This document shows, one piece after another, positions 38,916 to 47,582 of a stretch of 64,000 nucleotides of DNA. The translations under genes and the position numbers were made by a program. The notes below the pieces were generated by a model, which made no database searches, was not told where the DNA came from, and saw nothing but the letters and a program-made list of their open reading frames with translations. Source of the stretch: an uncultured Candidatus Saccharibacteria bacterium (GTDB lineage Bacteria; Patescibacteriota; Saccharimonadia; CAILAD01; JADZBC01); the NCBI GenBank assembly GCA_964600985.1, contig CAZRJR010000001.1:235534-299533 (forward strand), written 5' to 3'. Position 1 is the first letter of the stretch. Every line of letters starts with the position of its first letter.

Positions 38916-39728
38916 TTACTTGCCGCGGATTGCCCGCAGCACTTCTTTGGCATAGGCTTGGTTGAACACGTGGGTGGCACGCACTGTGGTGAGTGATATA
39001 TTGTCGCCACTTTTAGTTAGCTCAATGAGGTTGGGCTTTATTACTACAGGGTCGAATGCGCCATGAATTATGTGTACCGGTATTGGCAGTGAAGCGGCAT
39101 CACGCATGGCAGTTTGGTTTATGATACTCGAACGCATACTAGCGGCATACATGGCAATATTGTCTCGTGTTATATCAAGACTTGGGTCGAGCTTAGACGA
39201 TTTGCCGAAGCCATACAGTTTGATTATGAGTTCGGGTGAATCGAGGAGCTTTGCGTAAGTAAGGCGTAAAAGCTGCTCGCGGCTTAGCTTGCTGGTGTCG
39301 CTAGCTGGTCGATATATCGGCGGGCTACAGAGTATAAGTTGTCGGGTAAAACGTGGATAGCGTTTGGCAAACTCAATTGCCACGAGCGCTCCGAGGGAAT
39401 GCCCCACAATTGTAACCGGCCCATAGAGTCGAAGCTTCAAATATGTAGCTAGGAGCGAGCGAGCTTGCAGACGAGCATCGTACGATTCCCAGTATGGGGC
39501 TGGCGATTTACCAAAGCCAAGCAGGTCTACCGCTACAACGTTAACGTTGGTTGGCAGTTGTTCGATGAGAGATTGCCACATGGCACCCGTGGATCCCAGG
39601 CCATGAATGAGTAGGAGGGTTTGAGGCGCTTTCTTACTGCGTCGAATATGGCGTACATGGAGGGTATATGGCACACGCAGCCATTTATGGAGAATAACGT
39701 TGCCGAGTTTTGCAGGTCTCTTGGTCAT
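38916..39728 (-). CDS. alpha/beta-hydrolase fold protein
   Basis: GHSLG (GxSxG nucleophile elbow), HG oxyanion-like motif, ~270 aa. Confidence 0.65.
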   Translation of the reverse strand: MTKRPAKLGNVILHKWLRVPYTLHVRHIRRSKKAPQTLLLIHGLGSTGAMWQSLIEQLPTNVNVVAVDLLGFGKSPAPYWESYDARLQARSLLATYLKLRLYGPVTIVGHSLGALVAIEFAKRYPRFTRQLILCSPPIYRPASDTSKLSREQLLRLTYAKLLDSPELIIKLYGFGKSSKLDPSLDITRDNIAMYAASMRSSIINQTAMRDAASLPIPVHIIHGAFDPVVIKPNLIELTKSGDNISLTTVRATHVFNQAYAKEVLRAIRGK

Positions 39729-39754
39729 ATCTTACATTTTAACGATTAAGCTTA

Positions 39755-40370
39755 GCTCGTACTAGGTTACTGGTGTTTAGGGCGTGAAACATACGGATTG
39801 TCCTTTATATAGAACCGCCAGGGAGTTTCGGTTGCTTTGGTTATGCCGATCCTAGTGGTTCGCACGATGTTACTAGGATTAAGAGGCTTTTCTACAGTGA
39901 GCTTGAGTGGGGGTAAAGTTATGTCATGATTGTTTAGACTCATGTCTATAGCAAGTGCCTGACAGATCTATAGCAAGTGCCTGACAGAGTTTTGCTGGGC
40001 CATTAGTCAAATTGGGTCCGCGTACATTTCTGAGTGAAAGCATAGTATTTAAACCTTCTATTGGCTGGACTGCTCGAATAAGCACGGCGGCGCCCTCATT
40101 GGCGCCGCCAGTGACTATATTGCAACAGTAATGCATGCCGTAGGTAAAATACACATAGAGCCTTCCCGCTGGCCCAAACATCACCTCATTTCTCATACTA
40201 GGTCCCTTAAAGCTGTGACTGGCTGCGTCAAGCTGATCGTAAGCCTCGGTTTCAACGATGGTAGCCCTGAGGGAGCGACCATTGTAGTTTCTTTCGAGTT
40301 GACAGCCTAAGAGTCGCCTGGCGACTATCGGCGCTGGCAAAGTAAGAAAGCTGAGTGCAGTGTGTTGCAT
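39755..40370 (-). pseudogene. mpg: DNA-3-methyladenine glycosylase (Mpg/AAG family) disrupted by a 22-bp tandem duplication (frameshift)
   Basis: N-terminal 140 aa carry Mpg motifs (IVETEAY, SHSFKG, MFGPAGRLYVYFTYGMHYCCN, VLIRA). The frame ends at 39924 just after the duplication. Removing one repeat copy restores a canonical C-terminus (AIDMSLNNHD...RIGITKATETPWRFYIKDNPYVS) ending near 39755. Confidence 0.6.
39946..39989. repeat. 22-bp direct tandem duplication (CTATAGCAAGTGCCTGACAGA x2)
   Basis: Read directly. Copies occupy 39946-39967 and 39968-39989 and differ only at the last base. Confidence 0.85.
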
Positions 40371-40440
40371 ATAGTACTCCTTGTCGATCCTACTATACCT
40401 GCATTAAGTACTATGATTCTAGAGCTTAGAGTATACTTAT

Positions 40441-40815
40441 ATGGATAACGACTGGAAGGCAATAATGACAAATCATCGCATATATTCCATGAGTGTGGCC
40501 AGCGTATACCCACTTTATGTGGCAAAAGCCGAGCGCAAAGGTCGCACCAAGGCAGAAGTCGATCAAATAATTCATTGGCTTACTGGTTATAGTAAGGATC
40601 AATTCACTAAGGTCTTGGACAAAGAAATAGATTTCGAAACATTTTTTATCCAAGCTCCAAAGCTCAACCCAGCACGAAAGCTCATTACGGGTGTAGTTTG
40701 CGGTGTACGAGTCGAAGACATTACTGAGCCGACTATGCAGGAAATCCGCTACCTCGATAAGTTAATTGATGAACTAGCCAAAGGAAAGGCTATGGATAAG
40801 ATCCTGCGAGCGTAA
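40441..40815 (+). CDS. DUF2200-like conserved hypothetical protein
   Basis: [37 protein letters not shown] pattern typical of DUF2200. Confidence 0.45.
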   Translation: MDNDWKAIMTNHRIYSMSVASVYPLYVAKAERKGRTKAEVDQIIHWLTGYSKDQFTKVLDKEIDFETFFIQAPKLNPARKLITGVVCGVRVEDITEPTMQEIRYLDKLIDELAKGKAMDKILRA

Positions 40816-40827
40816 TACTATAGAGCT

Positions 40828-41229
40828 ATGCCAGAGAAGCCAGTTTCAGAGCAAATCGACGATATAATCACCAAGCACGCGGGCTGGAAGGGGGAGTTAC
40901 TTACCGATCTACGACAAGTTGTACTGGATGCCGATCCAACGATTACTGAAGAAATAAAGTGGCGCATGGCTACGCGACCAGAAGGCCTGCCCGTGTGGTC
41001 GCATAATAGGATTATTTGTTTTGCTGAGATGTGGAAGGACAATGTTAAGCTACTGTTCCCAAAAGGAGCTCAACTACAGGATCGCCACAAGGCGTTTAAT
41101 GCACGGCTCAAAAGTAAAGCTATACGTGCGATTGAGTATAAAGAGGGCGATAAAGTTGAGCCGGACTCCCTCAAGGAGTTGGTCCAGCAAGCAGCGAAAG
41201 CCAACGAAACTAAAAACAAGCCCTCGTAG
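40828..41229 (+). CDS. DUF1801 (YdhG/YdeI-like) domain protein
   Basis: Size and motif pattern (ITEEIKW...P.W, NVKLLFPKGAQL) match DUF1801. Confidence 0.45.
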   Translation: MPEKPVSEQIDDIITKHAGWKGELLTDLRQVVLDADPTITEEIKWRMATRPEGLPVWSHNRIICFAEMWKDNVKLLFPKGAQLQDRHKAFNARLKSKAIRAIEYKEGDKVEPDSLKELVQQAAKANETKNKPS

Positions 41230-41842
41230 TTGAGGGCTTGTTTTTTAGTAAAGCGCATCTGGCTAAAAGACCTGCGCTAAGATCCATGCTGTGACAGCTA
41301 GGCTGATAAAGAACAGGCCAAGTCCAACTGGCGATCCCCAGCTGAACCATGAGCCCCATGCTCGCCAATGTTTTTGCGAGCGTTCATACCAGTCAATCTG
41401 CTCTTCTTTGGACAGTTTTGTCATGGCTTTGACTCCCATAGTTAATGCTATAGTGGGTCTCTACTAGCTTGTTTGCCGGCACGTAAGTTGTTCCAAGAGA
41501 TGTGGCTTGCGTTAGATAGTCGGACTTAATAACAAGAGCTATTATAGCAGAATAGACCGATAAATGGCCGCATCTATGCTTGAATGCGCAAAACGTATTA
41601 TGCGGGTGATGCTGTAAGATTTCTTATAGTGGTCAATCTGGGATACTAGTAGTATGAATACGGGTTGTACGTATGCAGCTCTTGCTTGGGCCCCGTAGGG
41701 TTAATATGCTTACTCTCACGTTATGGGCATACCTTGTGTTACCTCGAGTCTTGTGCTCGAAACCATGCCTTTACGGGGTCCAACTTGCGATTATCTCCTG
41801 ATAGCATTTCGACCATGCCTGCTACGAGTTATATATTGAGTA

Positions 41843-41871
41843 TTGACAATGCATTATATTAATGCTATTAT
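41843..41871 (+). promoter_or_regulatory. consensus sigma70 promoter TTGACA-N17-TATTAT in native AT-rich DNA, driving the GC-rich gene
   Basis: Perfect -35, a 17-nt spacer and a near-consensus -10, read directly. Confidence 0.5.
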
Positions 41872-41926
41872 TCATGAGTTGCGCGGGAATCCGTCTCGCA
41901 CACGTAGACCCATAAAGGGGAAGAAA

Positions 41927-42415
41927 GTGAAGAAGATCCTCGAGTTCGTGCTCACCATCGCGAGCAAGATGAAGATCACCGGATCGATCGAGACGACCGA
42001 TGCCACCAAGGTGCCCGACGGGGCCATGAAGGAGCGGTTCAGCCGCCTCAGCGCCCCCCTCACCGTCTTCGGTCAGCACATCTTCGACATCGTGAAGCCC
42101 GGCGGCAACTTCGCCACCGACTGCGAGAAGCTCGCCACCGACTCCGGCACCTCCGTCGTCACGATGCAGATCCCGCTGTCCGAGGGCATGTGCTTCGCCG
42201 TCAAGATGGACATCACGACCGACGGCTACCAGCCGGCGCCTTCCGACCTGCACGAGCTGGTGGCCGAGAGCATCGACCCGGCGCTCGAGGAGATCGGCAC
42301 CATCTGGTTCGGGCCCGACACCGACTCCGAGATCATCGCCGCCTGGCAGATCGATGCGGGGGCGGCGATCCGCGAGCAGCTCGGCCTGGAGACCCGTCAG
42401 CTCGTCGGGAGCTGA
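41927..42415 (+). CDS. hypothetical protein encoded by a ~66% GC insert (actinobacterial-like codon usage)
   Basis: GTG start 6 nt after AAGGGG. The GC jump begins at ~41885 and ends at the terminator. GC3-rich codons. An in-frame ATG at 41843/41849 is an alternative start. Confidence 0.5.
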   Translation: MKKILEFVLTIASKMKITGSIETTDATKVPDGAMKERFSRLSAPLTVFGQHIFDIVKPGGNFATDCEKLATDSGTSVVTMQIPLSEGMCFAVKMDITTDGYQPAPSDLHELVAESIDPALEEIGTIWFGPDTDSEIIAAWQIDAGAAIREQLGLETRQLVGS

Positions 42416-42453
42416 CCTTCACGGCCGGGCCGGCCAACCCTCCCCATCACCGG

Positions 42454-42477
42454 CTGGGACCCCTTCGGGGGTCCCAG
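42454..42477 (+). terminator. GC-rich hairpin terminator (CTGGGACCCC-TTCG-GGGGTCCCAG), with a second hairpin plus T-tract at 42505-42526
   Basis: Perfect 10-bp stem without a U-tract (actinobacterial style), followed by AGAGG-TGGT-CCTCT-TTCGTT. Confidence 0.5.
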
Positions 42478-42603
42478 CAAGGGGACAACTTAAGGACTAC
42501 TTCGAAAGAGGTGGTCCTCTTTCGTTATAGCAAGAAGGCCACTTGTAGCCACATAACGATCAGTGGGCCATGTTTGTTTGCTCATGTGGTTAAGTGGTAG
42601 TAT

Positions 42604-42861
42604 ATGGGGGTATTTGGGTACTACACGATGAAGCAGGGTTCTAATAAGAAAAAGATCTATGGCTGGATTGGAGTACTTATGCTGCCAGTCTCCTTTGCTT
42701 TATATGTATTTGGTGGGCTTGCTTTGCGGGCCACAAACTTATCAGAGGGGATGAGTGTTCTGTCAAATGCTCTGAACGCGCTTATATTTATTACTAGCTT
42801 CGTGGGGTTCTTTGCACTTCCTGTTGGGGTAATCTTTTTAGTCCAAGCTTACCGCAAGTAA
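42604..42861 (+). CDS. small 2-TM membrane protein
   Basis: 85-aa ORF with two hydrophobic helices. Confidence 0.4.
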   Translation: MGVFGYYTMKQGSNKKKIYGWIGVLMLPVSFALYVFGGLALRATNLSEGMSVLSNALNALIFITSFVGFFALPVGVIFLVQAYRK

Positions 42862-42877
42862 GCACTGACTTCTTTTT

Positions 42878-43570
42878 CTAGCGTAGTTCCGGCTTATTCG
42901 AATTTATCTCGTCCCAAAATGCATCGGCCCAGTTCTTGTAGCTCAGGTTATTGGGGTGGAATAAGTCAGGCGCAAAACCAAAGATACTTTGATGGGCAGT
43001 AGTTTGCTTCTCGAGTTCTACCAGTCTAATATTTGGATCTTGCGCAACTAATTGTCGAATAATAGCCCCGGCAGCTTTTGCTGGTTTCGTCAGTGACGGA
43101 CGGCTGTTGAAGAGCGGTAAGTCACTAACGTAGGTGCCTTGGGGTAGCTTGGAAAGCAGTTGAGCAAACTCATGGCGAAAACGGTTCTCGCTAAAGTCTC
43201 GAACATTATTTGCACCAACTTCGATCGTTACATAATCGGCTTTAATGTCGGAGGCAAGTGGGAGCTGCTCATTCAAGACGTCAGAGATTCGAGCACCTGT
43301 GGAGCTAAGGTTGATCACCCTAACCTTCTTACCCGTACGCACTTCTAGTCGCTTGACTATTAACCCTACGTAGCCACGCATAGGGCTTGTCGCACCAATG
43401 CCTTGTGCGGCCGAATCGCCGAGTGCTAGGTAGGTAATTTCACCGGGCTGCTGAGCTTTCTCTTGCCAGAACGTCTTGTAGCGAGCGACGCTTAAGTATA
43501 ACCAAAATAGTGTCATAATCTCTATCGCAATGAGGCAGCCGATAAGACCTATAATGATCTTCAGGAGCAT
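42878..43570 (-). CDS. SGNH/GDSL hydrolase family protein
   Basis: Block I LGDSAAQG, block III GANN, block V DLFHPN. N-terminal TM. Confidence 0.7.
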   Translation of the reverse strand: MLLKIIIGLIGCLIAIEIMTLFWLYLSVARYKTFWQEKAQQPGEITYLALGDSAAQGIGATSPMRGYVGLIVKRLEVRTGKKVRVINLSSTGARISDVLNEQLPLASDIKADYVTIEVGANNVRDFSENRFRHEFAQLLSKLPQGTYVSDLPLFNSRPSLTKPAKAAGAIIRQLVAQDPNIRLVELEKQTTAHQSIFGFAPDLFHPNNLSYKNWADAFWDEINSNKPELR

Positions 43571-43957
43571 TTACTTGTCTTGCAATACAGATAGAATATT
43601 GCCAGCCGGATCTTTGAACCAAGCAATGTCTGGGCCTTGGTTGGCTCGGAGCCCACGAAGCACACCTTTTTCATCTTGGAGTGCGGGTAGGTTGTCGTAG
43701 TGCTCAAGCGTTACGCCTTTTTCGGTTAGCTCATCAATTGCCGCATCGATATTATCAACCACGAAGTTTAGAGTGGTAGAAGTTGGGGAAATGTAGTCGG
43801 GTTTAGCGTAAACGAATAGTTCATCCCTACCTGGTAATTCCAACCGTAAGCCCATGGTCTCATCTATGAGTGTAAGTCCGAGTGTTTTTGTATAGAATTC
43901 TTTAGCTTTTTGTAGATCGTCTACCGATAGTCCACTAAAGGCAGCTCGTATGTTCAT
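43571..43957 (-). CDS. VOC (glyoxalase/bleomycin-resistance/dioxygenase) family protein
   Basis: ~128-aa paired beta-alpha-beta-beta-beta module sequence (FYTKTLGL...FKDPAGNIL). The stop abuts the SGNH start. Confidence 0.65.
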   Translation of the reverse strand: MNIRAAFSGLSVDDLQKAKEFYTKTLGLTLIDETMGLRLELPGRDELFVYAKPDYISPTSTTLNFVVDNIDAAIDELTEKGVTLEHYDNLPALQDEKGVLRGLRANQGPDIAWFKDPAGNILSVLQDK

Positions 43958-44186
43958 ATCGGGGTCTCCTCTTTACTCTATATCTCAAGTATACTCTTAT
44001 ATTCTTACGAATGATGTGAACTTCGTTAGCAAGATTTAGAGTAAAAGCGAAACCCTCCCGAGCTCCGCGTATTGCTATGCGAAACCCAAGAGGGTATTTT
44101 GAAAGCTTCAAACATACGCTGGCCGCCTCAATGCCAATGCCCCGGAGCGCAAGTTCCGGGGCATAATTCGTTTTAGGGATAAATCA

Positions 44187-44213
44187 TAAAAAGAGAAGGC
44201 CCCTCGCGGGACC
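44187..44213 (-). terminator. terminator of the zinc-finger gene (GGTCCC-GCGA-GGGGCC plus T-tract on the minus strand)
   Basis: Read from the reverse complement: ggtcccgcgaggggccttctcttttta. Confidence 0.45.
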
Positions 44214-44246
44214 TCCTCACAGCTTGAGTGAAGAAGCCCGGAGGGG

Positions 44247-44567
44247 CTAGTTTGGTTGCGGATGCATGACTCGACGATGAACGCCGAGGCCGCGTTTGGT
44301 GAACTTGCGAGGGCAGTCCGGGCACTGGAGGTGCGGCTTGGCCTTGTGATGGTCGAGGACGTTCTCGCTCCCGAAGCTTGCCCCGCATCCACCGATGGTG
44401 CAGATGTGGCCCCTGGCTTGCTTGACGATGAAGGACTCACTCAGCGCCGCCCCACACTGGCCACCATGACCGTTTGGAGCAGGGCAGGCGTCCAGATCTT
44501 CTCCGTCCACCGAGATCAAGCCATGCCCCTCGGGGCATTCGCGAACCAGCCAAACAGGTGTGGTCAT
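44247..44567 (-). CDS. small protein with two tandem classical C2H2 zinc fingers (GC-rich foreign-like gene)
   Basis: C-X4-C-X12-H-X4-H (CTIGGC...HHKAKPH) and C-X2-C-X11-H-X4-H (CPDCPRKFTKRGLGVHRRVMH) with the conserved F and L positions. ~62% GC. Confidence 0.45.
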   Translation of the reverse strand: MTTPVWLVRECPEGHGLISVDGEDLDACPAPNGHGGQCGAALSESFIVKQARGHICTIGGCGASFGSENVLDHHKAKPHLQCPDCPRKFTKRGLGVHRRVMHPQPN

Positions 44568-44682
44568 AATGACCTCTCGAATGAATCTGTGGGGCGGCCA
44601 CAGCCGACGTCCGTTGGGGACGATAGTAATATGATATACTAACTTAGTATAAAAGTCAATATCTGACTAAACTAAGTAGGTT

Positions 44683-46752
44683 TTACTTATTAACCTCGCC
44701 TTTAACCAGATCTAACACAACCTTATTACCATTCTTGAGTACCTTGGTGGCATGCACCGTACCTACAATACAGGGGAGATTAAACTCACGGGCTACAATC
44801 GCTGCGTGGCTCATCATGCCTCCGTGATCAGTTACGAGCGCTGCAGCCTTGCGCATAATTGGCACATAGCTCGGTCCGGTGCTTGGTACTACCACAATCT
44901 TGCCGGGCGCAACTTGCTCAGCTGGATCATGCACTACCACAACTTCACCAGTCATGAAGTGTTTACCACCACGTGAGCTGACAATACCCTTAAGTACCGT
45001 ACTGGCGGCCTTATACTCAACATACCAATCCCAGCTGCGCTCCACGTCGTCTTTTGTGAGATCGATGTTCTTACCATTAATAAAAGTCCAACCATAGTAT
45101 TGCTGAGTATCGGAGTCCACTAAGTCTTCTAATCGGCAACGTTCAATAACGCTAAGTTCTGCATTTCGCTCGCGAGCCAAGGCTTGTGCCATCTTCTCAA
45201 TCACGGGCCGGGTTTGCATCATCCAAGCCTTACGGTCATCCATAAACTCAGCAATTCGACGAGCGAGATTGAGCTGATGTTGGATGTCTTCACTGAGTTT
45301 AAACTCTTGAGCGATCGCAGCACGATCTGCCTCTGAACCCAAGACAGCATCACTATTACCCTCAAGATCTTTGATGCGCTGGGTAAAGTAAGTAACAAGA
45401 CTCTCGCGTTTAGCCACCCCAGCATAGCTATTAAGCGCCCATCGAAACTCGTCGGCCAGCTTCTCGGGATCCTTCAAGCGTAGTACTTTCTCATCAATCT
45501 GATTAATAAAAGTTGGTTTATCCGGCAAGCTATACGCACCCCAAATGCGGTGAATATCTTTCTCATCAAAACCCTTGAGATGCTTGGCGATCGTAGCTTC
45601 AGCACCATAGAGGGAAAACTCGGCTGCGAAGGTGGTTTGCCAGACAGCAGTGAGAAGGGGAAGTAACTCACCTGGTTGATAGGTTTTACTCAGATCAATC
45701 GCATCGACGGCTGCTCGCCACTGGGCTTGATCGTCATCTAAGTCACCATGCTCGGCATACCAAGCAAACAGCGGCTCAGTAAACTCAGCAAAGGCCGCTT
45801 TCTTATTGAGCCAAAGGAACTTATCTTGATGCAGAAGGACGAGGGTCTTGGGTGGGTTGGGGTAGGTGGTGTCGGTGTGCCACTGGGTGAAGGTAGTACG
45901 CACCGCGGCCAGGAAGTCGCTCATATATAAGGTGCGGCCTTGGGCAGGACCCCAGTAGAAGAGATCGCCCGGATCACCGAGGTAGTGATAGCCCTCGCCG
46001 GTGCGCTCGATGTTGAGAGTAGTAATAGGGCGAGACTGGGTGATCCAGAGCTTACCGGACTTATCGATAGCCCACTCGATGTCTTGTGGGGCGCCGGCAA
46101 AGAGCTGTTCAATCTCCAGGCCAAGCCGGATGAGCTCGTCGGTTGCAAAGGGGATGGGGAGGGCAGAGGAGAGCTGCTTGGTGGTGCGGTCGTAGGTGAA
46201 GTCTTCGGGGGTGGCTTTGCCGCTGACGAGTTGTTCGCCAACACCCTGGACGTACTCGATGACGAGCTGGTTGGCACCGCTGACAGGGTTTTGGGTGAAC
46301 ATGACGCCAGCGTAGGCGGGGTCGATCATCTCTTGGACGACAACCGCGACCTGGATGGCTTGCTTGTTGTTAGAGGCTTCTGAGTAGGCCTTGGCACGGG
46401 CTTTGATAGCAGCGTGACACTGTTCGACCTTCTGGGGCACATCGGCCGCGGCGACATAGAGGAAGGTCTCGAATTGGCCGGCCCACGAGGAGTCGATGGC
46501 GTCCTCGACGGTGGCGGAAGAGCGGACGGCGAAGAGGGTGTCGGGCGCGCGGGTGGCGAGGAGGGTTGTGAGATGGGTGGCGGCTGCGGGGGTCAGGGTT
46601 GCGCTTTCTTCGTCTGTGAAGGCGTCGATGCTGATCGCTAAGCCGTCGGGGACGGGGAGCTTGGCTTGGAGCATTGAGGCGAGGTTAGTGGCCTTGCCAC
46701 CGTAGAGGGTGGAGGAGGTGGCGTTTTGTAGGGGATTGATGGTTTGTTGCAT
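44683..46752 (-). CDS. PEP-utilizing enzyme family phosphotransferase (PEP synthase / rifampin phosphotransferase-like)
   Basis: N-terminal ATP-grasp motif GGKATNLASM and C-terminal mobile phospho-His domain TDHGGMMSHAAIVAREFNLPCIVGT. 689 aa. Confidence 0.75.
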   Translation of the reverse strand: MQQTINPLQNATSSTLYGGKATNLASMLQAKLPVPDGLAISIDAFTDEESATLTPAAATHLTTLLATRAPDTLFAVRSSATVEDAIDSSWAGQFETFLYVAAADVPQKVEQCHAAIKARAKAYSEASNNKQAIQVAVVVQEMIDPAYAGVMFTQNPVSGANQLVIEYVQGVGEQLVSGKATPEDFTYDRTTKQLSSALPIPFATDELIRLGLEIEQLFAGAPQDIEWAIDKSGKLWITQSRPITTLNIERTGEGYHYLGDPGDLFYWGPAQGRTLYMSDFLAAVRTTFTQWHTDTTYPNPPKTLVLLHQDKFLWLNKKAAFAEFTEPLFAWYAEHGDLDDDQAQWRAAVDAIDLSKTYQPGELLPLLTAVWQTTFAAEFSLYGAEATIAKHLKGFDEKDIHRIWGAYSLPDKPTFINQIDEKVLRLKDPEKLADEFRWALNSYAGVAKRESLVTYFTQRIKDLEGNSDAVLGSEADRAAIAQEFKLSEDIQHQLNLARRIAEFMDDRKAWMMQTRPVIEKMAQALARERNAELSVIERCRLEDLVDSDTQQYYGWTFINGKNIDLTKDDVERSWDWYVEYKAASTVLKGIVSSRGGKHFMTGEVVVVHDPAEQVAPGKIVVVPSTGPSYVPIMRKAAALVTDHGGMMSHAAIVAREFNLPCIVGTVHATKVLKNGNKVVLDLVKGEVNK

Positions 46753-46795
46753 AAGGTTACTCTAGCGCTGGCTACGTTGTTAATTGGGGTTAAAA

Positions 46796-47452
46796 TTACT
46801 GTGCAGCAGTCAATTTATCGATTGGAAAATCCCGCCAATTATCAAAACTGGCTGTTACAGCTGGCTCAGACTTAAGTTGGCTCAAGTCGTAGAATAGATG
46901 GTGTTGTGGCGGTGCGAACAAGAAGAGGGGGACTTTAGCGTTCTGGGCAGCACCTGTATCCTTATCGGAGTCACCAACGAAGACGGTATTTTTAATCTCG
47001 CTACCTAGACGCTCAAGAGCAATAAAAAGCGGAGCTGGATCAGGTTTGTGTTTATCGGTATCACCAGCAGATATAATTACGTCGAACATGTGTTCTATCT
47101 TATTATTACTAAGGGCAGAAGAGAGCATCTTCGATGTTGATGTTGAGACAAGTCCAAGTTTGAACCCTTTTTCTTTTAACGACTTTAAGGTGTCTTCTGC
47201 ACCGGGGTATAACTCTACTTTTTCCAATCTTTCATAGACCGTCTCAAGGTGCTGGTTATATTCATCGACATCTTTTGGCTTAACACCTAAATCAATATAT
47301 GCATCCCATATACCAAATCTACTACTTATATCCTTATCAGAGGGGTGTACACCAACTTTGGCATACGCCTCCTTGAATGTTTGTAGCCACACTTCTAGGG
47401 TTTGTGCCAGAGTTCCGTCCCAATCAAAAAGAATAGTGTTAATCTTTTTCAT
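46796..47452 (-). CDS. HAD-superfamily hydrolase (beta-phosphoglucomutase/phosphatase-like)
   Basis: Motif I ILFDWDGTLAQT, motif IV GDSDKD. Confidence 0.8.
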   Translation of the reverse strand: MKKINTILFDWDGTLAQTLEVWLQTFKEAYAKVGVHPSDKDISSRFGIWDAYIDLGVKPKDVDEYNQHLETVYERLEKVELYPGAEDTLKSLKEKGFKLGLVSTSTSKMLSSALSNNKIEHMFDVIISAGDTDKHKPDPAPLFIALERLGSEIKNTVFVGDSDKDTGAAQNAKVPLFLFAPPQHHLFYDLSQLKSEPAVTASFDNWRDFPIDKLTAAQ

Positions 47453-47459
47453 ACATCTA

Positions 47460-47498
47460 TCATAACAAAAGTCCCACTCGCATTTCGAGCGGGACTTT
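47460..47498 (-). terminator. terminator after the 242-aa gene (13-bp stem AAAGTCCCACTCG/CGAGCGGGACTTT, one mismatch)
   Basis: Hairpin followed by TTTTGTTAT on the minus strand. Confidence 0.5.
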
Positions 47499-47582
47499 TG
47501 ACTTGTAGATTACATCTAATATAAGTGCCTGGCTGAGCATATGGGTCTAGTACCATTTATTTGATGCACTGCGATATATTTT

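Noticed and set aside
41843-41926. ATG at 41843 as the start of the GC-rich gene
   Set aside because: It coincides with the -35 hexamer of a consensus promoter and lies in AT-rich native DNA before the composition switch. GTG at 41927 with an AAGGGG RBS is more plausible, but the upstream start cannot be excluded.
41822-42600. ORFs 41822-42253(-), 41872-42063(-) and 42190-42600(+)
   Set aside because: Off-frame or antisense ORFs of the GC-rich insert with Arg/Gly/Ala-rich low-complexity products.
44108-44642. ORFs 44108-44440(-), 44173-44388(-) and 44256-44642(+) overlapping the zinc-finger gene
   Set aside because: They have no motifs. The zinc-finger frame is the one with recognisable C2H2 spacing and a terminator.
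44752-46705. Short ORFs antisense to or inside the PEP-utilizing kinase (e.g. 45921-46277(-), 45940-46383(+), 46414-46641(+))
   Set aside because: They lie inside a 689-aa CDS with clear ATP-grasp and phospho-His motifs. Their products are low-complexity.
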